This document shows, piece by piece, positions 1-10,093 of a stretch of 64,000 nucleotides of DNA. Position 1 is the first letter of the stretch. Each line of letters begins with the position of its first letter. The stretch is from the NCBI GenBank assembly GCA_963719945.1, contig CAVRDX010000001.1:32001-96000 (forward strand). The letters run 5' to 3'. Both the position numbers and the translations under genes were made by a program. The DNA is from an uncultured Thermoplasmata archaeon. GTDB lineage: Archaea; Thermoplasmatota; Thermoplasmata; UBA10834. The notes below the pieces were generated by a model. It made no database searches. It was not told the DNA's origin and was given only the letters and a program-made list of their open reading frames with translations.

Positions 1-1239
1 CCTACTGGGATAGGCTTCGCAAGCACGAACGGTGTCTCGAAAGAGATTGGCAAGGCGATGGCGGACAAGGCGTTCAAACTGGCAAGGAATGTCAATCTGA
101 AGAAGCCGATCTCGTTCTCTGATGAATCTGCAGTCACTACGAGTTGGGCTGTCAGTGAGTCGAAGCCCATAGCCGATATGACGATGGAAGACCGTGTCGA
201 GTTCCTCAAAGGGGTCGACAAGTCCATCATGGGCTCGAAGGTGAAGGTTCAGGGGAGATTCTTGGAGCTCCGCGACGCCGAGATAGAGAGTTACTTTGCC
301 AATTCTGATGGATCAAGGATTTCATCGCATCTGCCACGGCTGAGGTTCGATTCATTCCTGGTGGTCTCATCGAAAGGTCAGAGCGAGCAATCGATCAGGG
401 AATGGGGTGGAACAGGTGGCTGGGAGATCGCTGAGACGTGGGATCTGTCAAACGCCCTCGACAAGGAAGTCCACATGCTCAAGAAGATGATCGACCACGG
501 CAAGCCCGTGAAGCCAGGAAAGTACGACCTGGTCTGCGGGCCGGAAGTTGCTGGCATAGCTGCTCATGAATCGTGCGGTCATCCTATGGAATCCGACCGC
601 ATTCTGGGTCGGGAGATGTCCCAGGCAGGCAAATCGTTCGTTTCCCCGGATATGATCGGATCGAGGATTGGTTCGGAATATGCGACTGTCATAGACGATC
701 CAACGGTCCGGAACTCGTATGGTTACTATGCATACGATCAGGAAGGGGTGAAGGCCCGCCCGCGACACCTGTACAAGAATGGCATCATAAATGAGTTCTA
801 CACAAACAGAGAAACCGCTGGTAGGCTGGGTACGACCAGCAATGGCTCCTCAAGGTCCGAGACGTACCTCCAGGAGCCGATAGTCCGCATGGCCAACACA
901 TATGTCGCTCCTGGCAATTTCGAGGATGATGAGATATTCGGGTCGGTGAAGTCGGGCGTGTTGATGCACTCGTTCACAGAATGGAATATCGATGACAAGA
1001 GGTTCAATCAGAAATATGTCTCTCGCGAGGCCTATTTCATCAAGGATGGTGAGTTGGCCGGACCCGCGAGAAAGTGCGTTCTCGAGATAACGACTCCTGA
1101 ATTCTGGGGCTCACTCGATGCAGTGTCCAAGAATGTCGAATACCAGGCTGCGGAATGTGGGAAGGGCGACCCTATCCAGAGCATGGCGGTGTTCACGGGT
1201 GGACCGATGATGCGCTTGAGGGGGGTGACTCTCTCTTGA
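1..1239 (+). CDS. tldD: TldD-family metalloprotease, 5' end outside the window
   Basis: Frame open from base 1; HExxxH motif (HESCGH) and C-terminal CGKG motif; followed by a PmbA paralog. Confidence 0.9.
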   Translation, partial: PTGIGFASTNGVSKEIGKAMADKAFKLARNVNLKKPISFSDESAVTTSWAVSESKPIADMTMEDRVEFLKGVDKSIMGSKVKVQGRFLELRDAEIESYFANSDGSRISSHLPRLRFDSFLVVSSKGQSEQSIREWGGTGGWEIAETWDLSNALDKEVHMLKKMIDHGKPVKPGKYDLVCGPEVAGIAAHESCGHPMESDRILGREMSQAGKSFVSPDMIGSRIGSEYATVIDDPTVRNSYGYYAYDQEGVKARPRHLYKNGIINEFYTNRETAGRLGTTSNGSSRSETYLQEPIVRMANTYVAPGNFEDDEIFGSVKSGVLMHSFTEWNIDDKRFNQKYVSREAYFIKDGELAGPARKCVLEITTPEFWGSLDAVSKNVEYQAAECGKGDPIQSMAVFTGGPMMRLRGVTLS

Positions 1240-2582
1240 CGAGCTTCAAGGACACAGCCGAGGAGATAGTTCAGAAGGCCCGCAGCTTAGGCGCGCACGA
1301 TGTAATATGCGAAGTGATCGAGTCCAGGACCAATCAGATCAGATATTCGTCAAACCGCATCGATGCCTCCAACATGTGGCGGGAGCATCACGCGGTACTC
1401 TTCGTCGCGATAGGCAAGAGGAACTTTGCCACAGACCTACGGGACATCAGCTGCGCGCTGGATGCGGTCCCGGATGCAGTCCAGGCTGCGAAGATCGCGC
1501 CTGAGAACAAGAACTATCGTGGCATTCCGAGCGGCCGATTCAAGTACAAACGAATTCCGGTGGATAAGCAGATCACCGACCTGCGGTCTCCTGCGAAATT
1601 CGTATACGATGCGATCTCGGGCGCGGAGTCTGAGGGGGCAATCGAGGTAGGCGGGACATTCTTCGCACGATATCACCGGACCGGTATCGCGAGTTCCGGG
1701 GGCGCGTATGCGGATGACGAATCCGCATCTGTCGAGCTCTCTGTCCGGGCATTCTCAGGACCGGAAGCCTCTGGCCACGCGATTTGTTGCGTTCCCAGGC
1801 TTGCCAAGATGGATGCAAAAGGCACTGGAATTCGCGCAGGTACTCTAGCTGAGAGTGCCAAGAATCCTATCCAAGGCGATGTGGGGAAGACGGACATCAT
1901 CGTCGAGCCGCTCTTACTCGGAAGTCTGACACATTCGACATCCGAGATGATGTCCGCGTTCGCGGTGGATATCGGCATGTCCATGTTCGCGAAGAGGTTA
2001 GGCAAGAAGGTCATGTCGGACGAAGTCACGTTCGTGGATGACCCAACAGTCGTATCCATCTCGCGAAGGTCTTTCGATCATGAAGGTAGGCCCACAAAGC
2101 GCAATGTCATGATCAAGGATGGTGTCCTGAAGACATACCTCCACAACACATCGACTGCCAAGAGGTTCAAGGCGAAGCCTACAGGCAACATGGGTCCTCT
2201 CATCCAGACCTCCTTCAATTTCCCTGGCCAGCCGACTCCCTTCCACCCGATCGTGGAGCCAGGAGACTGGAAGCTGGATGAGCTGATAGCAGACACCGAG
2301 TCCGGCCTCTACTTGAACAATGCCTGGTACACCAGGTTCCAGAGCTATTCGAAGGGTGATTTTTCGACGATCCCACGTGACGCAATTCTGCAGATAAAGG
2401 ACGGAGAGATCGTTGGCTCTGTCAAGAATATCCGGGTGAGCGACAACATGCTCAACCTATGGAAGAACGTGGATGGCATAACCAAGACGGCCCAGGAGGT
2501 CTTCTGGTGGGACGAGGCTGCTCCACCGTCCACACTTCCCTCGCTGCGTATGAGGAACGCCAATATCACTCGCTCAGCGTGA
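1236..2582 (+). CDS. pmbA: TldE/PmbA-family protein
   Basis: TTG start overlaps the tldD stop (TTGA) behind a GGGGGTGA RBS; FDHEG motif; no HExxxH, as expected for PmbA. Confidence 0.85.
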   Translation: MTSFKDTAEEIVQKARSLGAHDVICEVIESRTNQIRYSSNRIDASNMWREHHAVLFVAIGKRNFATDLRDISCALDAVPDAVQAAKIAPENKNYRGIPSGRFKYKRIPVDKQITDLRSPAKFVYDAISGAESEGAIEVGGTFFARYHRTGIASSGGAYADDESASVELSVRAFSGPEASGHAICCVPRLAKMDAKGTGIRAGTLAESAKNPIQGDVGKTDIIVEPLLLGSLTHSTSEMMSAFAVDIGMSMFAKRLGKKVMSDEVTFVDDPTVVSISRRSFDHEGRPTKRNVMIKDGVLKTYLHNTSTAKRFKAKPTGNMGPLIQTSFNFPGQPTPFHPIVEPGDWKLDELIADTESGLYLNNAWYTRFQSYSKGDFSTIPRDAILQIKDGEIVGSVKNIRVSDNMLNLWKNVDGITKTAQEVFWWDEAAPPSTLPSLRMRNANITRSA

Positions 2583-2627
2583 TCATACGAAGAATCGAGA
2601 AAATAATCCGGAGAACCTGGTCGCCGA

Positions 2628-3014
2628 TCATTCCAGCTTGATCAAGGTGGCGTTCACGACGCCGTCCTGACCGCATCTGGATGTGATGACAGCCTCGCCC
2701 AGCTCAGTCATGATCGTTGCGCCCTTGGTCATGATGTTACGCTGGACATAGTTCGGGTTCGAGGGGTTGCTCTTGACGGTCTGGATCGCGACCTTCTTGA
2801 CTGCCTTCGTTGTCGGGTCCACGACATTCACTGTATCGACCATAAGGAGTCTAGCCTTCGAGTTCGCCCCTTTCGTCCTGTACATCTTGACCTTTCTGGG
2901 GCCCAGGCGGGTGAACTGCTTCTCTCGGCCGATCTCGAACTTCCTCTTCTTCCTGGCCGGTGTGATTCTTCCGCCCGAAGACTTCCTCTTTGGTCTTCCT
3001 TGCCAAATGGCCAT
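2628..3014 (-). CDS. rps8e: 30S ribosomal protein S8e
   Basis: MAIWQG..KRKSSGGR...RKKRKFEIGR; ITSRxGQDGVVNA. Confidence 0.97.
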   Translation of the reverse strand: MAIWQGRPKRKSSGGRITPARKKRKFEIGREKQFTRLGPRKVKMYRTKGANSKARLLMVDTVNVVDPTTKAVKKVAIQTVKSNPSNPNYVQRNIMTKGATIMTELGEAVITSRCGQDGVVNATLIKLE

Positions 3015-3079
3015 CTGAAACCTCTCGCGAGATGTGAAAGTGGGAAGGGTATTAAAAGCTTTTGTGACTCACCGGCGGC

Positions 3080-3715
3080 TCAGAAGAGATCTACCTGGAT
3101 GTCATCCCCTATCCTGGCGACCGCGTAGTGTCCTCCCCTTGCGGGCCCTGGGTTCACGAAGACCGTGCCGTCCTTCTCCTTGCACCCTCTAGACTCATGG
3201 ATGTGTCCTGAGAGTACCATCCTTGGCTTGTGCTTCTCGATCACTTCCAGGATCCCCTGTGATCCAGCGTTCCTGCCGTTCCTATCGACATCGTTCATGC
3301 CATGAGGCGGTGTATGGGTCACCATGACGCCTCCTTTGACCGCGATACCGTTCAATATGCTCACTATCTCCTGCTCATCCAGCTCGAACGGCATGGATGC
3401 CGGCGAGGGGAGTCCTCCACCGCAACCGTAGAACACTCGGCCATCAATCTCGGACGATGCTCCATGTAGACTGCATCCCGATTGTTCCAGCAGCTTGAGC
3501 GTGTCTGCAGTGTCACAGTTACCAGGAACTGCCATGAGCTTCGACCCAAAAGTGTCCATGACCTTCTTCACATACTTCTCGGAACCATATGTAGTGAGGT
3601 CGCCGCACACTACCACGGCGTCGAAAGTATCCTCACTCGCCACCTTGCCCAGCAGCTTGATCGCATCTTCCGACGCGTGGAGGTCTGCGCATATCAGTAA
3701 TCTCAACTCTTTCAT
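3080..3715 (-). CDS. Calcineurin-like metallophosphoesterase
   Basis: DLH, GDLT, PGNCD, THTPP and GHIHE motifs. Confidence 0.9.
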   Translation of the reverse strand: MKELRLLICADLHASEDAIKLLGKVASEDTFDAVVVCGDLTTYGSEKYVKKVMDTFGSKLMAVPGNCDTADTLKLLEQSGCSLHGASSEIDGRVFYGCGGGLPSPASMPFELDEQEIVSILNGIAVKGGVMVTHTPPHGMNDVDRNGRNAGSQGILEVIEKHKPRMVLSGHIHESRGCKEKDGTVFVNPGPARGGHYAVARIGDDIQVDLF

Positions 3716-3719
3716 CCGA

Positions 3720-4646
3720 TCACCATGGCGTTACGATTCCCAGAGAGAATTCCTGGAATACGATCAGATAGGATATCGCGTATCCGGCGACAGCGCCGCC
3801 GTTCAGCAATGGCAGTCCTGCCTGTGGATTACCTTTGAGCACGTATCTCATGAGCACCAAGAATCCGATAGTCGCGCCGATTATGGTGCCCAACGCGACC
3901 AGGAGGTTGCCATCCATTCCTCCCACGATCTGGGTTGGTAAGAAATAGAACGCTGAGGCGACGAGCACTCCAGGGATTATGATGTCTCCCAGTCCCATGT
4001 ACATGGCCTCCCTCTCCTCTCCGTCTTCGAGCTGAGTCTTCAAAGACTTCTGTCGGAGATATGAGAACCCTCTTCTCTTCGGTATGACCAGCAGGATGGG
4101 GAGATGCATCTTGGTCACGCCATCCGCCAGGTCGACCATGTGTTTCGTGCCGTAGACCGATATCGCATCGTATACGGCTAGGATTATCAGCAATATCAGG
4201 ACTGGCAGGATGTTGAGTGATACGCCCAGTATCCCGATGACGCCTATCGCGACGAGTATCCCAGTCGCGTCGACGACGTACCATTCGGGTCTCTTCACGA
4301 GCAGATATACCAGGATGGCTGTGAGTGAGACCGAAGTCATCAGCGCCAGCAATCCCTCGTCGAACAGTGTCGCGACCGTCAGGATCACATAGAATATTGT
4401 GAACGAGACCGCTCCGATGAAAATGATCCTCACGACATCGTCTCGCTTCTTCTTTATTATGTATAATATTAGGAATGTGAACAGCACGATAGCTATCACA
4501 TAATACACCGGTATCATGGGGTCGTTCGGGTCCTCGAATGCCTGGTTCTCCGCTCCAAGCGCGGACGCGACCAGTACTAGTGCCCCCAACTGTGAGAACA
4601 CGAATATCGCAGCCATTATCAGGACTGCCCTGTTGGTATCGTCCAT
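3720..4646 (-). CDS. Presenilin-family intramembrane aspartyl protease (PSH-like)
   Basis: About 9 TM segments; catalytic YD (AVYDAIS) and GxGD (MGLGD); PQAGLP motif. Start trimmed to ATG 4646 because the longer ORF overlaps the divergent gene. Confidence 0.9.
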   Translation of the reverse strand: MDDTNRAVLIMAAIFVFSQLGALVLVASALGAENQAFEDPNDPMIPVYYVIAIVLFTFLILYIIKKKRDDVVRIIFIGAVSFTIFYVILTVATLFDEGLLALMTSVSLTAILVYLLVKRPEWYVVDATGILVAIGVIGILGVSLNILPVLILLIILAVYDAISVYGTKHMVDLADGVTKMHLPILLVIPKRRGFSYLRQKSLKTQLEDGEEREAMYMGLGDIIIPGVLVASAFYFLPTQIVGGMDGNLLVALGTIIGATIGFLVLMRYVLKGNPQAGLPLLNGGAVAGYAISYLIVFQEFSLGIVTPW

Positions 4647-4731
4647 CGTCCCGCTATTCCGACGCGCTTTAGAAATACTTTTGCGTCCGATGGGAAAAAC
4701 ATCAATATAGCCAAAAGCCCTAGCAATATCC

Positions 4732-5634
4732 GTGACTGAGCTGGAAGTGCTCAAGCTGGACGTGTTCGCCGAGAGCCTGTTTAGCGGCAATCCTACCTGG
4801 GTGGTGTTCGATGCGGACACCCTCGACGAGATTATCATGCAGAGAATAGCCTATGAACTCGGGTCACCCGAGACGGTCTTCGTCATGAGGTCGAAGAAGG
4901 CGGATGTCAAACTGAGGTTCTTCAATGCGGACTCGGAGGAACCGATAAGCGGCCATTCCACGATCGGCGCGCTTTGGGCCATGGCTGATCAGGGCGCATT
5001 TGGAACATCCTTCGGGAGCAGGCACAGAGCCGAGACCTCGGTAGGCATACTTCCTTTCTTTGTGGAGCTCGATCCTGAAGGGACAAAGAGGGTCTGGATG
5101 ACTCAGAAGCGGCCGATGTTCTCCAAGGTGGAGGAAGTGACTGAGGTAGCCAGTGCGCTGGGTATCGGCGCAGAATCGATTTTCCTCAAAGAGTTCCCGA
5201 TGACCAGAGCGTCGACTGGGCTACCTTGTCTGCTGGTCGCGGTGCGTTCCCTCGAAGTGATCGAGAAGCTCAATCCTAGACAGAACGAACTCGTCAGCCT
5301 ATGTAAGGACCTCGAGGTAGGCGCGGTCGCGGTGTATGTATGGGGTGGCTTCGATTCTTCCACGACCGTACATGCTAGATGCTTCCTCCCGACACCATCG
5401 TATCATGAGGACCCCGCATCCGGCATGCCCGCAGGAGCGCTCGCATCATACATCGCAGACAACGATTTCATACCCAGGGATAGACTGGGTGAAGTGATAA
5501 TCGAGCAGGGACATTTCATGGGACGGCCCTCCAAGATTTATGTCAGGATAGAGAAGCGTGGATCGACCATAAAGAAAGTGGATGTGGGTGGATCCGTTAG
5601 GCCGGCGGTGAGAGGGAAGATAACAGTTCCGTGA
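4732..5634 (+). CDS. PhzF/DAP-epimerase-like protein
   Basis: DVF....GNP, ETVF, RFF...E.P..GH, STG.P, EDPASG, IEQG..MGRPS. Confidence 0.88.
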   Translation: MTELEVLKLDVFAESLFSGNPTWVVFDADTLDEIIMQRIAYELGSPETVFVMRSKKADVKLRFFNADSEEPISGHSTIGALWAMADQGAFGTSFGSRHRAETSVGILPFFVELDPEGTKRVWMTQKRPMFSKVEEVTEVASALGIGAESIFLKEFPMTRASTGLPCLLVAVRSLEVIEKLNPRQNELVSLCKDLEVGAVAVYVWGGFDSSTTVHARCFLPTPSYHEDPASGMPAGALASYIADNDFIPRDRLGEVIIEQGHFMGRPSKIYVRIEKRGSTIKKVDVGGSVRPAVRGKITVP

Positions 5635-5645
5635 CGCTCTGTGTC

Positions 5646-6272
5646 CTATCTCACTAGTGTGCCGAAAGCAACCGTTCCGGATACCTTCTCGATCTTGACC
5701 TTGACCTGAACGCCCTTTGCAGTGCCTGGCACATAGATGATGAACTCACCCTTGCGAGCGATCCCATCACCCTTCTTGCCGACATCTTTTATGAGGAGGT
5801 CGTACACCTTTCCTGCCTCTATCTCCTTCACTTCTTCGGCCTTCATGTGCTTTCTAACATGCACCGGTCTATGGGCGCCGCAGGTCTCACAGGTGAGTAT
5901 GAGCACTCTCCCGTCCTTGACCATGTTCGTATCCGGGCTCTCGCACTCCGAACACAATACATATTCTGAAACGTAATTGTCGATCCTGTCGACGATCTGT
6001 GATGTGGCGACCTTACCCTTGAAGACAACCCTCGTCCCCTCCATCGTTCCTGCTGTACCTAGTTCTCTCAGCAGATATCCAAGGAGGTGGTCGGGCTCTC
6101 GTCTCAGAGTGTCGACGATATCAGCGAAGTTCCTGATGACCGTCGTCTTGCCCTCGATCATCACATCTGGCTCAGGTATCTTGAACCTCTCGTGTGATTC
6201 AACCTTCTGGGGCAATTTCTCTTTTGCCCTTTCGAGGAGGGCTTCGTAATCGACACTCTCGTCGGCCGCCAT
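5646..6272 (-). CDS. eif2b: Translation initiation factor aIF-2 beta subunit with C-terminal TRAM domain
   Basis: DYEALLERA..LP; CSEC.SPDT and CETCGA zinc ribbon; TRAM tail (VGKKGDGIA...YVPG). Confidence 0.93.
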   Translation of the reverse strand: MAADESVDYEALLERAKEKLPQKVESHERFKIPEPDVMIEGKTTVIRNFADIVDTLRREPDHLLGYLLRELGTAGTMEGTRVVFKGKVATSQIVDRIDNYVSEYVLCSECESPDTNMVKDGRVLILTCETCGAHRPVHVRKHMKAEEVKEIEAGKVYDLLIKDVGKKGDGIARKGEFIIYVPGTAKGVQVKVKIEKVSGTVAFGTLVR

Positions 6273-6462
6273 CGTGGTTCCATAGTGGATTTGCTAGTTA
6301 AAGCTATTGGATTCCCTCGTGGACAACTTGAGCAATCGCAGGCCCGAATGAGTGTGTGGTGCTCCTTCTTCTCTGTCGAGGTGACCAACTGCGAAACGTT
6401 TATTGGTGACCGGGAACTATGAGTCGGATTGCCAGCCTCGAAGCAGGGTGAAATCGACGACG

Positions 6463-9400
6463 ATGAGAAGTTCTGTAGACACCCTAAAGCAAGAGAAGCC
6501 CTCCGGTTCGTTCGAGCATCGGCTCTCACTGTTGGAAGCCTACCCAGGACGCGTATCCGTGGTCCGCGAGGACCGCACAGTTGTCTTCATGAGCAAAGCC
6601 CTGCGGGATTCATACGGCGATCTTGTGGGCAAGAAGTGTTACGAGACCGCGCTCGGATCCGGGGACGTGTGCAAAGGCTGCCCCGTTGCGCAGAACTGGG
6701 AACCGTCCAATTTCCCGCATTCTCGCACGGCGAATGAGCCGGACGGGACGGTATACGAGCTGACCACTACCAGATACGAGGACGACGAGACTGGTGAGGT
6801 GTACTATTTCTCATTCGAGCGCGACATAACTGTGCAGGTGGAACAGGATCGATATCTGAAGAGCCTCGCTGCATCGCTCGATCAGATGGCAGAAGCGGTC
6901 GCGGTAGCCGATGCGGACGGACACATTGTCTATTCCAATAAATTCTTCGAGACTGTAACGGGGTACAGCAGAGATAGGCTCTCGAAACTCAACATCATGA
7001 CGATGGAGGAGCACATCGAACCCGAGGCCCTGATGCGTCAGATACTCAAGGACTCGTTGGAGAGCGGTTGGTCTGGAGAGATGACCATTAACCGAGACGG
7101 CAGTGGCCCGTCCATCATCCATGTCGAGACCAAACCTGTCAAGACCCCCGAAGGAACCGCAATCGGCATAGTGGGGCTATTCAGGGACATCACGAGGGAA
7201 CGGTCCGAGAAGGTCGAGCTAGAGAAGTACAAATCGCAGCTCGAGAAGAAGATGGAGGCCAGGACCGCAGAGCTTGCAAGACGGGTCAACCAGCTCACGA
7301 CCATCAACAAGATCAGCCGAGTGGTGACATCGATTATGGACCCACACGACCTGATGAAGGAGTTCGTCAAGTCTATTGCCAGCGGCTTCGGGTACCAACA
7401 TGTCGTCATCATGATGATGGACAAGGATCGAGGCGAACTGCACTTCAATGCGGGCGACGGCTCCAAGATCCGACAGGTCCACCGGGACATCACGATCAAG
7501 CTCAAGGAAGGCATAATCGGTCATGCCGCTTTCTTCGGGGAGACGCTGGTGACTGGGGACGTCGATGCGGACCCTCGCTATGTGAGCAAAGACATCAGCG
7601 CTACAAAATCCGAACTGGCCATCCCTATCGTTTTCAGAGGCGATCTCATAGGTGTATTGGATATCCAGAGCGATGCCAAGGATGCGTTCACCAGGAACGA
7701 TGTCACATTGCTGGAGATGCTCGCCGATATCCTCGCCACCGCCATAATCAACGCTCGGACATTCACGGAATCCAAGGAGAGAGAGCAGGCGCTTACAATT
7801 CTTGACAGGATCAGCAAACAGATCTCCTTCAGGAGGGAGCCTGCAGTGATCCTCGACCAGGTCGCCAGAGATGCCGCAGCACTGCTGAAGGGCGAAAAGG
7901 CTCTGGTGGGTCTGAAAGAGGAGGGGACAGGGTACCTGCGATGGTTGGCATCGTTCAATGTCGAGAAGTCTTTGATTGACAAGCTCGAATTCAACTCGGA
8001 CCGTGGAGTGACCGGGCGAGCAATGTCGAGGATGAAGACCGAAGTTGTGAACAATTATCTGCTAGACTCGGACGCGCGCCCCAGAGACGCGGAGCTGTTC
8101 AATATCAAGTCTATCGTATCCGCGCCTTTGATCATCCAAGGACGTGGCATCGGCGTGATCAATGTATACAACAAACTGGACGGTGCCAAGTTCACGAAGG
8201 GCGATGCGTTGTTCTTGTCCTCGCTCGCGGACCATGCGGCGATTGCCCTTGAGAACTCCAACCTGCTGACCTCCCTGAACCAGAGGGTGCGGTCTCAACT
8301 GGCGCTCCTCGAGACCGCCTTCCTCATGCAGAGGCAGATCGATTCGAGCGGGATATATGAATACGTCGCGGAGAAGCTCCGCGAAGTCATATGGTATGAT
8401 GCCCTCACATTCTATCGACTGGACAGCGAAAAGGAGCTGGTTGTGCCAGTCCTCGCGATAGGACCGTATACGGACGAGGTGATGTCTGATATATTCCCAA
8501 TCGGAGTCGGCGTTACAGGCCAAGTCGCTCAGACCGGCAAGGCCGAGGTCATCAATGATGCCATCTCCGATACCCGCGCAGTCCAGGTCGAGGGCACACC
8601 CCTGGATGAGGAGGCCATCATGGCCATCCCGCTGAAGGGCCGCGAACGCGTGATCGGCGTGCTGACGGTGTATAGGCAGGGGGGCAAACATTTCACTTCA
8701 TCAGAATTCGAGATCGCTCAGCTATTCGCCAACCAAGCCACTGTGGCGGTCGAGAACGCCGAACTGTACAAGAAGGAAGAGACTCTGCTGGATGAGAGCA
8801 AGAAGAAGATCGCGCAGATGTCCAGCGTGCTTGAGCTGACGACATCCGTGATGTACATGGACAGCCTAGACACCCTCCTGCGAAGACTGGCGAAGGCGAC
8901 CGTCCGGTCGTTCGGATTCAAGAGAGCGTCCGTGTCCCTGCTCGAGCCGGACAAGAATGTGTTCGTGAACTGCGCCTTGGCAGGTTACCCTGAATGGGTG
9001 TCGGTGGGCGAACACATGCCTGCAGAGGATGTCCTCGAGGACATGAAGGACGAGTTCCGCGTGGGTGAAACCAGTTATTACGTGCCCTACGAGAAGCAGG
9101 TGTATGGCATAGAGAAGTTTGACTTCATCGCACATCCCGAACTCGCATCGAAACCTCGCGAATCAGAAGATGCCTGGCACGAGAGAGATATCCTCATGCT
9201 CGCTCTGAAGGATCGAAGCGGTCGGCTCATCGGCTATATGCTCGTTGACGAGCCGATGGATATGAAGGTTCCCCGGAAGGAGCAGATCGAATTCCTCGAG
9301 ATATTGTCTGGGATCGCGTCGATTGCAGTGGAGAATTCCAGACTGTTCGAGAAGCAGGTATTTGCTGTCAATGAGATCGCTTTGTTGAACGATCTGATGA

Positions 9401-10071
9401 CCCACGACATCAACAACTTCAACCAGGGCATCATGGGCTATATCGAGTTGTTGCTCCAGGACAAGCGGCTGGACGATGGCCAGCGCAGATATGCCGATAA
9501 AGCGTTGGTGCAGGTGAGGAACAACGCTCGCATCATAGACAACATACGCAAGTTGTCCAAGGTCCGGGCGATGTCCGATAAGGACTTCGTGCAGTGGGAT
9601 CTATACACTCCTATCTCCAGCGCAATAGATGCCTTGAATAAATCGTTCTCCGACCGGAAAGTGACGGTGGCGTCATCGGTTCCGAAGGGCGAGCATTATG
9701 TGATGGCTAATCAATATATTGCCGACCTGTTCCAGAACATCATATCGAATGCTATCAAGTTCGACAGTGCGAAATCAGTCCATGTCGATGTCATGGTATC
9801 GGATGCGACCGATGCGCAAGGGGCTTTCTGGGTAGTATCGGTCATCGATAGAGGCCGTGGGATCCCGGACGAGCGCAAGAAGACCGTGTTCGAGAGGTTC
9901 GCCACGGGCATGACCGGTGTGAAAGGGTTCGGGCTCGGCCTATCGATCGTGAGTACGGTCGTGGAAAAGTTCCAGGGTAGTATATGGGTAGAGGACAGGG
10001 TCCCCGGGAATTTCTCAAATGGCACGGTCTTCAAGATCAAGCTCCCAAAGGCTCGGCCTCCGGAGAAGTGA
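6463..10071 (+). CDS. PAS/PAS/4xGAF sensor histidine kinase
   Basis: Two PAS-like and four GAF-like segments; H-box THDINN, N-box NIISNAIKF, DRGRGI and GFGLGL. Start uncertain (6403-6463). Confidence 0.9.
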   Translation: MRSSVDTLKQEKPSGSFEHRLSLLEAYPGRVSVVREDRTVVFMSKALRDSYGDLVGKKCYETALGSGDVCKGCPVAQNWEPSNFPHSRTANEPDGTVYELTTTRYEDDETGEVYYFSFERDITVQVEQDRYLKSLAASLDQMAEAVAVADADGHIVYSNKFFETVTGYSRDRLSKLNIMTMEEHIEPEALMRQILKDSLESGWSGEMTINRDGSGPSIIHVETKPVKTPEGTAIGIVGLFRDITRERSEKVELEKYKSQLEKKMEARTAELARRVNQLTTINKISRVVTSIMDPHDLMKEFVKSIASGFGYQHVVIMMMDKDRGELHFNAGDGSKIRQVHRDITIKLKEGIIGHAAFFGETLVTGDVDADPRYVSKDISATKSELAIPIVFRGDLIGVLDIQSDAKDAFTRNDVTLLEMLADILATAIINARTFTESKEREQALTILDRISKQISFRREPAVILDQVARDAAALLKGEKALVGLKEEGTGYLRWLASFNVEKSLIDKLEFNSDRGVTGRAMSRMKTEVVNNYLLDSDARPRDAELFNIKSIVSAPLIIQGRGIGVINVYNKLDGAKFTKGDALFLSSLADHAAIALENSNLLTSLNQRVRSQLALLETAFLMQRQIDSSGIYEYVAEKLREVIWYDALTFYRLDSEKELVVPVLAIGPYTDEVMSDIFPIGVGVTGQVAQTGKAEVINDAISDTRAVQVEGTPLDEEAIMAIPLKGRERVIGVLTVYRQGGKHFTSSEFEIAQLFANQATVAVENAELYKKEETLLDESKKKIAQMSSVLELTTSVMYMDSLDTLLRRLAKATVRSFGFKRASVSLLEPDKNVFVNCALAGYPEWVSVGEHMPAEDVLEDMKDEFRVGETSYYVPYEKQVYGIEKFDFIAHPELASKPRESEDAWHERDILMLALKDRSGRLIGYMLVDEPMDMKVPRKEQIEFLEILSGIASIAVENSRLFEKQVFAVNEIALLNDLMTHDINNFNQGIMGYIELLLQDKRLDDGQRRYADKALVQVRNNARIIDNIRKLSKVRAMSDKDFVQWDLYTPISSAIDALNKSFSDRKVTVASSVPKGEHYVMANQYIADLFQNIISNAIKFDSAKSVHVDVMVSDATDAQGAFWVVSVIDRGRGIPDERKKTVFERFATGMTGVKGFGLGLSIVSTVVEKFQGSIWVEDRVPGNFSNGTVFKIKLPKARPPEK

Positions 10072-10093
10072 AATCGCGTGGCTGGGTCCCGAT

